DNA from: Octopus bimaculoides
Taxonomy: Eukaryota
Direction: 5' to 3'
Length of the DNA: 36,937 nt
NCBI RefSeq assembly: GCF_001194135.2
Contig: NC_068995.1
Coordinates: 23,501,743 to 23,538,679 of the forward strand
The notes beneath the pieces were generated by a model. That model was not told the origin of the DNA, did no database searches, and saw nothing but the letters and a program-made list of their open reading frames with translations. Shown here piece by piece: positions 22,281 through 33,837 of the stretch; within the stretch, counting starts at the first letter, position 1, and each line of letters starts with the position of its first letter. A program made the position numbers and the translations under genes.

Positions 22281-23647
22281 ACGGCTTATGAGAAAAATTG
22301 CCAGCAGCCATACGGGAAGTGACCATAGTGTTGTTACCAACGATACACTTTATCAACGTACTTCAAACTGCTGTCACTAATAAGCTGTAAGAAAAAACCT
22401 TAGTTGTATTTGACTTTTTTTTTTTCACTAAAGTGAGATTCTTTTCTTTCTCTGTACCACGGTCACCTAAAATTCAGGATCAAGATATGACTATCAGGCG
22501 AGTACGCTCGCCTAAAATTACAGCAGTAGAAATGCATGACAAGGAAACTGACATGCTGTTTTGATTGCCTCACCAAATAGATCATCGCCCATTGAGGCAC
22601 AATTCTGAATGCTACACACCAGTGACACCGTCCATCTGACAATGTAGATGCACATCCACTCCTGCAAAGCATTATGTCAAGTAGATATAAATTAAGCTGG
22701 TATTAAATTTTTAAAACAGCTTTGAACGCTACTTTTTTTCGTTGGGTCTACTATTTGTATATTGCCATGAATGTTTGTAAACTTATAGTTAAAACATAGT
22801 TAGAGAAATCTGAGCGCTAAATAATTCAGATGCTAGTGTGTGTAAATGGCTACTAGTAGATATAGATTTAAAGTTTTCTACTATAAATGATAAGTTTTAC
22901 ATGGAATCGAAACACAAATAATACTTTAAATTAGCAAATAAAGACTATATATGTACGTGTCTCTTGTTTATGCTTGTGTGTCTATGTATGCCTGTATATG
23001 TGTGTGAGTATATATATATATATATATACATATATATATACATATATATATATACGCATACATACACAAATGCAAATACACACTAATGCACATAGGCCTG
23101 CATTCCATTTTGACAAGTTAATATTTTCTCACTATACCTTATCACATTAAAGATTTAAATTTTGCATATTTATTTCATTGTCCATTGTTTCAAATTCAAT
23201 TATTCATTTATATTTAAAACTTGTTGGAAACATTAATAGCTGGTTTATCTGGTAAATTTAAATTTTACTATATTTTACACGTCAATGACGAATAAATACA
23301 ATTATATATATCCCAATCTTATCATGCATAATTCTGATGAGATTATGGTTTTAATTTATTTGCTTCAATTTTTGCTTGTTGTTTTCGAGTGTTTCTTTCT
23401 AACAGTTGGAATGATCAAATATTCTTTAAAATATTTAAAGAAATACTTCAAAAATAGAGCTGTAAGAAATATTTTAAATCAATGAAGCAAATCCATAGTT
23501 AATTTAGAAAGGTAGCTAATTAAATAGAGTGGTTTACAGTATAGTAAAAGAGAAAAGAATAGGTCACATTTGTTCTCTATTAATTGAAAGTGATTGAAAT
23601 ACGCACTTTCTGTATTAACACTTGGACTTTTTTGTTTTATCACACAG

Positions 23648-23686
23648 ACTGCTGAAAACTCCAATACATTTCTAAAGAGCTCCACA
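23648..23686 (+). CDS. Candidate 39 nt internal exon (TAENSNTFLKSST), gene unidentified
   Basis: Acceptor ttttttgttttatcacacag and donor gtaaga; only the phase-0 frame is open. No homology recognised. Confidence 0.25.
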
Positions 23687-23744
23687 GTAAGACCAATAAA
23701 ATCGCATAAATGAATATACGCATGATATGCCTATATGGATAGAT

Positions 23745-23746
23745 CA

Positions 23747-23813
<67 letters not shown>

Positions 23814-23815
23814 TG
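23745..23815. repeat. (GATA)n microsatellite
   Basis: Directly visible. Confidence 0.97.
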
Positions 23816-24483
23816 GATAGGTAACAACATAGGTAGATCGATGCGTATAAAAATAGATAGTTACGCGTACCTCTTTAAGGATAAATATAAATGAACATAT
23901 ACACGACTATATTCTATTATTATATTTAATTTCTTATTGGCTCTCGTCACATCACAGTAGCCATGTAGAGGCATTGAATATAATAATATGTAGTCTTGCG
24001 TATGGGTGCGACTGTGTGTTCGTTCGTCGATTTATTGCTATTTGTACACATTTATTCAAGCGTAAGCACCTAGGTATTCTCCCATTTGTATGCAAATATA
24101 CACAAGAAAAAGTATTTTTTAACATATTCTAATAACAGGAATATCAAACCAAGATTAATTTCTGATATCTATAACGCTGTACATTGAATATAATTCTGTC
24201 TTGTTTTCATCAGCAACATCTATACATTTTCTGTTCAAAGCACACTCGTCCAAATACTAGTCATATAAAAGTCAATGACGTTTTATTAGCTACTCTGTTT
24301 TCCGTTTGTTCTTTTGTGTAATCTTAATTGATTGCTGATCAAAGTCATATATAGAAAACAAATTGTCCTTCGGCAGACCATCCGTGACACTTAGATGTCC
24401 TTTTTCCCATATACGTACCATAACTCCGCCCAATGAGTTGGGGCATATGCACACCTTTTACTGACCTTTTTATTTCTGCTTAG

Positions 24484-24546
24484 GTTGTTGACCACAGCGG
24501 AAATAGACAAGTAGATCAGTCAGATGAAAATCGTTGTTGTTCCTAG
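24484..24546 (+). CDS. Candidate terminal coding exon (VVDHSGNRQVDQSDENRCCS*), gene unidentified
   Basis: Branch-like ctgac, pyrimidine tract and ttag acceptor; the phase-0 frame is the longest open and is compatible with the 23648-23686 candidate. Confidence 0.25.
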   Translation, partial: VVDHSGNRQVDQSDENRCCS

Positions 24547-25737
24547 GTGTTATATTTATATGTGATAAACTTGCCAGATTCGACTTATTTGAACCAGTCT
24601 GAACCAGTCTGAAGCCAGTATATTGTTAAGGCAAACTATTTTCTACATGAGGACGACTTTGCAATTAGTTGGACTACTTCAGCTGGTGTTGGATCAAAGC
24701 TTGGTATGTATATTTTTCTCCTTTATTAAGAAACTGTTGCTTCGAAATGGTAGAGCTGCTTGCTGTCAATGAGCAAATTAGAACTGATAATACGACAAGC
24801 GAATATTGCTTATGGCAATATTGCACTTATACTTCTTTCGCTATAATTATTTATTAAAGTCATCCATTTCAAACTCGATCGAAAAGACATATTTAAATCA
24901 TTCTAAAATTGACCGCCAAATCCGTTAAGAACTGTGTAAGACTTTTTGTTATCTAAAACATCAGTTTCGATGAGATGGGAGAGCATGATTTCACATATAT
25001 TTGATTGCATGTTTTTAAATTTCGTGGGACAAATATTTACTTACAATTTTATTTCAACTAGAGATTGTCGCTTTCATATTGCATACAAATATTCCATTGG
25101 TAATAAGTTGCTTTTTAGGTTTTAGATCGATGGATGAGATGTAGGAGTCAATATAAAATAGTTTCAGGACTAATGAAAATTAACATTCAAATTTGCAGAG
25201 ACTATTGATGCACGTTTCGGTCTTAATCTCGAACAGACAGTTTCCTGTTTGAATATCTTTTGGAAGAGTCCACTGATACGAGAGATCGTGAAAGTCACTC
25301 GATATGTTAACAATAACCGCTACATTTCCTTACAGTCCTAAATTACTGTGTAATATAAATGCAAGGCACATTACATAATGAAATGTAACATATGTCTAAA
25401 GATGAAATTGTTAAATATAGAAAACTTTGAACATAGGTTTACTCATTTGGAGGGCCCTTCGGGTTACAATACAGCAGAGATGTAGTTTCTTCAGTTACTG
25501 GGGAAGGCATTGTGGTTGCCATTGATGTTAGATTATGTTATATATTTCACATGTTATACGTACTTCGCTACAACGATCATACTGTATGTTTCAAATCCTA
25601 AAAAGTCATAATATCCGTCATTAATTTGTGAGGATGATTTTACTATTGTCCGAACTATGTCAGCAACCATTTGAAAATGAATGATGCCTATTTCAATGAA
25701 ATCACCAGTCATTAGCGCATTTTAGATCTTATGTCTT

Positions 25738-26643
25738 GCAATTTAGGTTTTTTTCTAACACTCTAGATACATTTAGTGACAATTATAAATTCTCTTTTTG
25801 GTGAAACATCGCAAACTGCTGTTTATATTAATTTTATGCATTCACATTAGCGAAGTGTTAAATCATCGATCTATTTGGATGACTAAAATATATGTACTAA
25901 TAGACAAGCAACTGCGTAAAAAGCCAAATTATCTATCCAGTCTTAACTGATGAGGCATCGAAAATTCCCAAAACAGACATCAGGATTAAGAATTCTCCAT
26001 TGGTATTTCTAGAAAGATTAAGGTCCCTGTTATAGTATATATTTACATCTATGTTGACTGCAACATTAGATCCATTTTAGCTCTAGTTTCTAGCAATGTA
26101 GGTGTTCCTAACACCCTAGTCACATTTAGTGATAAGCAACAGCTAGGCGCAATGTAATACCATAAAGAATAGTTTTATACAACAGATGATCAGGACGAAA
26201 TTCGAATTTACGAATTTATTGGTTATCAGAGTTATTGGAGGGCAGATAACGGATTGTGAATTAATGTTAGTGGTTAACAATGCAGTAAATTCCGATTTTC
26301 TGATGACGCTCGCCGTGAAGAGTAATTATACAGCCGTATACGTAACGTGGTTACTACAAAGAAAAATAGCACACCCATATGAGAGATAAGTTTCCGTACT
26401 TTATGACCTAAGTATAAAAACATATTTGAGCCTCTGGACTTATACGGACCTCATATATATATAAATATANNNNNNNNNNNNNNNNNNNNNNNNNNNNNNN
26501 NNNNNNNNNNNNNNNNNNNNNNNNNNNNNNNNNNNNNNNNNNNNNNNNNNNNNNNNNNNNNNNNNNNNNNNNNNNNNNNNNNNNNNNNNNNNNNNNNNNN
26601 NNNNNNNNNNNNNNNNNNNNNNNNNNNNNNNNNNNNNNNNNNN

Positions 26644-26677
<34 letters not shown>

Positions 26678-27110
26678 AATGTCGAACAAAGAGAATAAGT
26701 GCTCAACACCAGAATTAGAGTATAAAATTATATTATTTGTGTATTAAGGCTACCGTTGGTCTCGTGTTAAGAAGAATGTCTTAAAATCTTAGCAATATCT
26801 CAAGAGAAAGAGAATGAGTCAACAGCTAAGACCCATACATGCTCCATAAAGAAACAACAGAGTAGTACTCAACTGATTTGAACATACACGCCGAAGTATT
26901 TATCGAGGACTAAGTCCGCGGCGTTAAGAGTTGCTATAAGAGGAATTCAGGTGAACTGCGTTAGAGATATTGATGCAAATGATAAACTGTACATTGCTAA
27001 GCAATGTACAATGTAGGTGTCTCCTAACACCCTAGTCACACTCAGTGACATTTGTAATTTTCCTTTTCGATGAACAATTGCAAACTGTTGTTTATATTAA
27101 TTTTTTATAT
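25738..27110 (+). repeat. Three dispersed direct copies of a ~40-100 bp motif (starts ~25738, ~26094, ~27009)
   Basis: caat(g/t)taggt..ctaacac(c/t)ctag..aca..tagtga in all three; copies 1 and 3 extend through gcaaactg(c/t)tgtttatattaatttt. Confidence 0.75.
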
Positions 27111-27137
27111 ATATATATATATATATTTTTTTTTTTA

Positions 27138-27178
27138 TAGTTTCAGCTTAGAGTTGCGGCCATGCTGATGCACCGCCG
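27138..27178 (-). mobile_element. SINE family B 3' tail fragment
   Basis: Reverse complement ggcggtgcatcagcatggccgcaactctaagctgaaacta matches the tail at ~12677-12718. Confidence 0.7.
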
Positions 27179-27599
27179 TGTATATATATATATATGAATC
27201 AAAACAGTTTTATTCAAATTCGTCGGTACTCCGAGTTTCAAGTGTGATGCTAAGCTGTACATGGGCGCGCGCACGGCCACCCGCACTCAAATGAATGAAC
27301 ATGCACGCGCACGCACGTACACATATACACGCGCATACACACACATGCATTCACATGTACGCATACACACATACAAGCGTATTTATTTATATGTATATAC
27401 GCATGTATGCATGCATATTACTGTGCGCGCACACACTTATGCGCATGCACACGGGTACTCATGCACTCATGCATGAGTATACATGCGCACAACATGTGTT
27501 GGGAATTGGGAATTGGTAATTGGTGTTCCTGCTCATGGGGTTGGTTGGTAGCGGTGACCTTGGTGTTAGCAGTGTAGAATAGCAGTTGATACTAAGGTG

Positions 27600-28120
27600 G
27601 TATAACCGGGTTGTCGGGTGTCTGACGCTTGAAATATACCGGAAATATATACCTCTTGTGACAGCAATAAGATAAATCGTATTACTTGTTGATGGATACT
27701 GCGGTTTGTTGGAGTATATGCAGTTTTTTCACGGAGGCAGAGGTGGCAGGTGGGTGGCCGTGTGAATATGGTGGCGTCCTGTCGACAGTAGTCCACTTGA
27801 TGCTAGGTGTTTCTTCTCGAATGTCACGAAATCTCCAGAGTAAACGAGTGGACCTGAACGAGTGCATATGCAGGGAGTATCTTCCCTTGAAGGCATTTGG
27901 TGTCATACCCGTATAGTGCCGAGTAATGCCACCGGACGGTGTAAGGATGATACTGCATACTACGGCCCTTGAGAAACAGGATCCTTCTAGAGTGCAGATG
28001 GTGGAGTTTCGGCAGGTGCAGGTTGGGGTTGAGTTGGTGCTGGTGCATTTTACGTCTGATGATGCGTGCGATGTTAGATGCGACGCTGTCAAAGCAGGAG
28101 TACCTCACCTTGACATTCTG

Positions 28121-28122
<2 letters not shown>
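27600..28122 (-). mobile_element. Penelope-like element remnant (linker plus GIY-YIG endonuclease), Naiad-like, frameshifted
   Basis: NVKVRYSC..., TCTCRNSTICTLEGSC (CxCx5Cx4C linker), RHYTGMTPNAFKGRYSLHMHSFR, PSIKWTTVDRTPPYSHG, TCHLCLREK (alternate frame), SINK. The 5' side is cut by (TA)n. Subgroup assignment is from memory. Confidence 0.88.
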
Positions 28123-28162
<40 letters not shown>

Positions 28163-28853
28163 CTTCCTTCTGTTATTGAACTTCATTAAGAAAAGGATAC
28201 AAAACGGCTGCATGCTATTTTTTCATTTATTTCTTTTGTGCCAAGTTGACATATACTCTAAAAAGCTAGATTAACTTTCAAATTATACTTAACCGATAGC
28301 TAACTTATGATGTACTTATGGTGTGCTTAACCGATTGTGCACTTATGGATATACGACGGGCATTCATCTCTGACTAAGCTCTTAAACGGCAGGAAGTTAG
28401 CTAGATCGATTCGTCCTTCGCACATGCAGGGAAAGAAAATTTATTTGCAGCATAGTGACAAATACAGAGATTTATTAACACATATTTTGAATGTATAAAT
28501 TAAATAAAATTTCTGATTTGCCTTGTACATGGTACATTTTAACACTGAACAAAAATATTGCCAGCAGGAATTATATTACTGTATTACTCTTACGAGAATA
28601 CCATTTTATAAAGTAACTCAAATATCGGAGGAAGTATTTTTGCTTAAAAAATTTGTGTCACGAACGACTCCAAAACACTAAAACATCTAAATATTTATGT
28701 GTATGTGAGTGTAAGTGCTATTATTTTCTTATTTTAAACATTCTTGTAGAGTTTATTTGCCGATGTAATGGTAGCTATATATTATATGAAAAAATATAAG
28801 TGCATTGCGAAACATCTGTACAATTACTATTGAAAATTTTCTGTAGACATACG

Positions 28854-28894
<41 letters not shown>

Positions 28895-29376
28895 GCGGTA
28901 TGACAGACTTTAACAGACTGTCACAATCATACAAAAAACCCACCTTTTTTGTATTTATTTTTACTCGCATATATATATATATATATATANNNNNNNNNNN
29001 TGTTTCGTAATGAACTTATCATAGTTTGTTTATATATGCATAAACCCTCACAGACATACATTTATATCATGTATATATATATATGTATATATAAGTCAGC
29101 TTTCACTGTTTCTCTCGAGACTGAAAAAAACATGACGATCTACCTTAATCGTTTTTTTCGAACCTTATGGCAGTTCTCATCAGAGGCGTTTAAATCAACT
29201 TGACCAATACGGGATGACAAGCAACTAATCTTTAAATATACTGGACAAGTCCCGTAGCTAGAGGGAACGGGAGCTACTAATTTGCATGCCGTAAGTGCTT
29301 AACACTTTATTTAATGATAGAGGCCTGTCAACGACGCACGCACACCGGTCGACTAATCTTAGTCACTCAAATTATG

Positions 29377-29414
<38 letters not shown>

Positions 29415-29642
29415 NNNNNNNNNNNNNNNNNNNNNNNNNNNNNNNNNNNNNNNNNNNNNNNNNNNNNNNNNNNNNNNNNNNNNNNNNNNNGTGTGCGTGC
29501 GTGTGTCAGTGTGTGCGTGTGTGCGTGTGTGTGTGTGCGCGTGTGTGTTGTGCGTGTGTGTATGTGTGAGTGCTGTTGTGTGTGCGTGTGTGTGTGTGTG
29601 TGTGCGTGCGTGTGTGTGTGTGTATGTGTCTGTATCTGTGTG
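29377..29642. repeat. (GT)n/(GTGC)n microsatellite with internal gap
   Basis: Directly visible; explains the CV/HT-repeat ORFs. Confidence 0.95.
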
Positions 29643-30461
29643 TCTCATTGCATGCTTGAGTGTAAAGTCTTATACGTCGCTACGTGTAGGTCTTTGTATT
29701 CATATGTACGTAATTGATAAATTGTTCAATATCTAACAGTTAAAGCCATGGACAATTATTAACTATTGTCTACAAATTGTATCAGGCAAGGCTGGAGAGG
29801 ATATTTTAATGAAATTGCTGATATACGGAAATATTAACTTGAAATAAGACGTTCGACGTGTCTAGTTAACTTTTGTGATGGCACCTAAAGAAAATTGGAG
29901 GAAATAAATTACTTTAAGACACGCAATATGTATATTCGTCAGAAGAATATTGTAAGGACTCACTTCGTGACATTTTGAATTAGTGTGAAAGAACTCTGCG
30001 GACAGATTCCTTAATTTTCAAGAATTAGATACGTTATCACTAGTTACTCTCTTTCATTTATAGTGGCGTATTTCTACAACCTGATGACATACACTGCTCC
30101 GTGTAGTGTGATACAGAGCAAAATATATAGTTTGCTGACACCTACCATTATTCAGTTTTACGCAGCGTAAATATGGATATGTGTGAGTGCATAGTATACT
30201 GTCATTTATGCATGTACACACACAGGTACACAGATACATATCCATACAATATAGAGAACATAAATGTATAATATGCACAAAACAGTATATACATACACAC
30301 AGATACGCTAGCGCACACAACCATACAATTTCCCAGTTTTAGTTACCCAATGATATACATCTGGTGGATTTCTTTCCACTCCTACCTAAGTTGTCACTGT
30401 ATCCCCAGTATTTCAAGAATGGTTCAATTGCACTTTTAACTATTATTCTTTTGTTTCTGTA

Positions 30462-30659
30462 ATGGAAAAATGGAGTCCACCCCATTCCCTGTGGGATGAA
30501 GTTAAAATAATGGACAAAAAAAACCACTGGAAAATACGAAAACTAAAAGAAGCAGCACATCTGCTACGACACAACAACCTCCTAAGGAGACCGAGTGCAG
30601 ATATGAATAGCATATGGAAACCGGTATTAAAGAAGGATAGGAAAATATTAGATTTATAA
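30462..30659 (+). mobile_element. C-terminal GIY-YIG endonuclease fragment of a second Penelope-like family
   Basis: HSLWDEVKIMDKKNHWKIRKLKEAAHL..LLRRPSADMNSIWKPVLK* fits the PLE pattern H..W..VKI(L)D.E.....R...E. Confidence 0.75.
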
Positions 30660-30679
30660 GCCCTAAAATTCAGTCCCAC

Positions 30680-30970
30680 GGGCATATGGCGTAGTGGTTA
30701 AGAGCACGGGCTACTAGACCCAAGATTCCGAGTTCGATTCCAGGCATGATAATAATAATAATAATGATAATAATAATAATAATAATAACAACAACAACAA
30801 TAACAACATCGAAAAATAAGACAAAGAACCCAGGTTCGAAATTTCCCCAATACTCAAGGCTGGTATATTAGCCGAAACGTTGTGTTAACAACAAGCAAGA
30901 TGAGGGCAAATATCCGTTAATTGTAAATGATGTAAATAATGTACATAACTCCTCATTTCTTAAATATAGA
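30680..30970 (+). mobile_element. tRNA-like head plus (ATA)n(ACA)n plus PLE-type tail with half-hammerhead
   Basis: A box TGGCGTAGTGG at 30687-30697 and B box GTTCGATTC at 30732-30740; ggct(ggtatatt)agcc-GAAAC-GTT-gtgtt at 30858-30886. The CTGANGA core is absent. Confidence 0.65.
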
Positions 30971-30981
30971 ACAACAATATA

Positions 30982-31031
<50 letters not shown>

Positions 31032-31884
31032 CGGAGATGTACTTGCGAAGCAAGCGACCTCATCTCAGATCGTGTGCTGGAGCAAAAACAATTGCAGCGT
31101 GGAAGGTGTATATAAGCCATTTAAGAAACACAGAGTCATCCGTTTGTACAGAGTCATCCGTTGACGTAGGCTGTTTTTCGTTTAGCCTATGTACTGCTCT
31201 TGACACCCAGAGCAGGTCAAGAGCAGGACATATCTACCACGACCTTAGAATAAAACACAGACACAAATATTAAAAATGTTAAACTCCAAATAGATACGCA
31301 AGGAATCACAAAAAAATAAAAAATACAAAAAACAACCCCAATCATTACTCGACTAGTTACTATCACACTTTCCTGCATTTTACTATTTCTCTCCTTCTCC
31401 CCATCCCTCATCTTCTCCGTCATCTTCTTCCTTTCCACCACCCCCTCTCTTACTTTAGTACTACTACTGCTGTCTAGAATAACACCCACGCAAACATTAT
31501 AAACAATACAGATCACTACGTCCATCAACAGGTCAATGTCAGGACACCCAACCAATTAACACTGCTACTATCATAGCAGTCCTCCTTCGAAACCACAAGA
31601 GTTAACAAGTGAGACAGAGACAGGCAGAAGCAAGAAAAATGCCGCTGTTACTTGAATACTATACAAATATGTCTTTAAAAAGACTTTTCTTTTAAATTTA
31701 CCAAAATTTAATTTTTCAATAATTTTTTTAAAATATATTATTCATATTTACTGTTGAAAAGATCTCAAGGATCGAAACCGGTTCTGTAATGTTCTTTATA
31801 AAAGNNNNNNNNNNAGAAGCGTTGAGATGTCTTAGAAAGTTAAAGAAGTGATTTTAAATTCTGAAACGCAGGATAACGCTAATA

Positions 31885-31991
31885 ATATAGCCTGAACAGG
31901 ATAAACTACCCCTATTTTGCAGAAAAAAGTGTAGGTGGTACCTACACTTTTTTCTGCAAAATAGGGGTAGTTTATCCTGTTCAGCCTATAT
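31885..31991. repeat. Hairpin palindrome: 45 bp perfect arms (31892-31936 and 31940-31984), 3 nt loop
   Basis: Checked base by base; extends 6 bp further past one mismatch; TA-rich flanks. Confidence 0.95.
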
Positions 31992-32029
31992 ATATATATA
32001 TATATATATATACACCCATGTGTGTGTGC

Positions 32030-32088
32030 CTTTGTACTTCAGTATGGCTGCAGTCAGATGACCGAAACAAGTAAGAGAATAAAAATTA
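32030..32088 (+). mobile_element. SINE family B tail fragment
   Basis: gtacttcagtatggctgcagtcagatgaccgaaacaagtaagagaataaaa matches the family B tail. Confidence 0.7.
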
Positions 32089-33837
32089 AAATCCATGACC
32101 GGTAACGTATTAGTTATGCACCTGATCAAGTTGTAGAATGGAAATATTGCATAAAATCTTCATTCCTGAGATGTGGAATTACCATTTTCTGGTTCATTAC
32201 ATTATTCCCCTTAATTTGATGTATTTAATGCAGCTGTATTTGAACTGAAATAGACTGAGACTTTTATCTACAATTAATCACGTTACGTATATGACACAAA
32301 CTGAGTGCTAGGTTTTCTAAAACACAAATTTCAACTGTGCAGCTAATAGTATATTATTAAGACATTGTTGCAAAGACACATACGATTAAAATAAATAAAA
32401 ATTACTTTTAATCCTGTTGTACATAATATCATAAATGTTAATAATATTTCTTGATTCACTGACTACGTGAGTAATTTTTTACGATAACTCAGAAACGTGA
32501 AAACTCCTTCTATTCAAGATTTAAAACATTGTATTGCTAAATATATATTTATTTTCTCTCCGATTAACATCATCAGCGTACATATGTATGTGCATAGTAT
32601 TTCCTTTACTCAGTTCAAAGTTACACCAATAGAATCACACACACGCTAAACATCAGAAGATTCGAAAGAAGTCCTTTCCTGATATAAAATACAGTTCTCA
32701 TATAAGAAAGAAACTCAAGACATTTTTTTTTAATAAGACTAGAATGATAACATTTCATACCAATTTTTATCATTTGATAAAGGAACAAAGAGTAATTAAA
32801 AGTCCTAACTTCTCTTTATGTATTTCAAGTTTACACTTGATCAAGCACGCTCATGTTCCATGAAATTCAAGCTATCATCTCGTCTATTCATTCGTAGATT
32901 ATCTCATATTACAAAACCCAATATGTACTTTCGTTTTTTTGAAACTTTACATGGTGTGTTTAGAGAAAGACTTGGCTCGGTTTACAGATATCGAGTGACA
33001 CTATACAAATTTCTTCATTCAGTCTGTTGTGTATACGTTTTCATTAGTTATAATGGCTACTGCATATAAAAAATTTAATTTTGAAGATAGAAAATCTATA
33101 CTTGTGTCTTTATTTAAATATATAATTCATACTCCATGATATTAGTGCTTTTAAAAGTGAATTTAATATTTTCTGAATTGTATGCGTCTAGAATATATGC
33201 AAATAAAACTTGAACTATGGCCCGTCAAGACTATACATATAAATGAAATATTTTTTTGAATTTATAATTAACTTCGATGGAGTCGCTACATTGTATTCAT
33301 GTTAAAGGGACTTTCACACAAAAGAAAAATGGAAGCCAAACTTATAGACACAATTCTAAATAGAAACGGTAACTTAATATTCATTTTTCGCATCAGGAAG
33401 CTATTCTCACCCGCTTATGCTATAAACATTGGAGATAATCATTGAGATTAGGGTATCATTATTCCAGAAACGCTCTTAACGGAAGGTTCTAGTGCATGAA
33501 AAAAGTCTGAATATGCCAAAAATAAGTCAAAATAGGACTCGTGACTATTGGTTATATGCTAAGGAACATATGATATAATGGAAATATACTTTAAATGATG
33601 TATCGTGAAAAAAATTACTTTTTCTGGCGTTCTTTAGAGAACACTGATTATCAATTATTATCATTTATTGGAACGACATTCTCTTAAGATAATAGTATGT
33701 GATAAATGGTCTATGATTGTCTCGAGAAGAAGGATAATGTTTCGGAGCGTTAAAGGTAAAAATGTAAAGAATCTCATATTAGTTCTGTAATGTCTGACTT
33801 TCACCATGTAATCAATTTACATAAGTGTGTATGCCGG

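Noticed and set aside
25945-25975. CTGATGA-ggcatc-GAAAATTC hammerhead-like string
   Set aside because: Stem II is only 1 bp and no stem I can form.
27195-27260. Minus-strand GAAACTCGGAGTA (stem III plus GUA) downstream of the PLE remnant
   Set aside because: No CTGANGA core or stem II; at most a PLE terminus relic.
27261-27519. His/Thr/Ala-rich ORFs
   Set aside because: Translation of degenerate (CA)/(CG)/(TA) dinucleotide repeats.
29275-29300. Octamer ATTTGCAT next to a gtaagt donor, possible promoter or first exon
   Set aside because: A single 8-mer in AT-rich DNA is expected by chance, and there is no supporting snRNA or gene structure.
30680-30745. Possible genuine tRNA gene
   Set aside because: A and B boxes are present, but acceptor and anticodon stems do not pair properly and it runs into a microsatellite; treated as a tRNA-derived head.
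31209-31226. AGQE peptide resembling the Rab DTAGQE motif
   Set aside because: Context is TPRAGQEQD, it lies within a hairpin scar and downstream of the putative terminal exon; coincidental.
31217-31555. 112 aa minus-strand ORF with two hydrophobic stretches, superficially like GPCR TM5-TM6
   Set aside because: The start is an alternative codon, the hydrophobic and charged runs follow from low-complexity A/C- and CT-rich DNA, and there are no convincing splice sites or family motifs.
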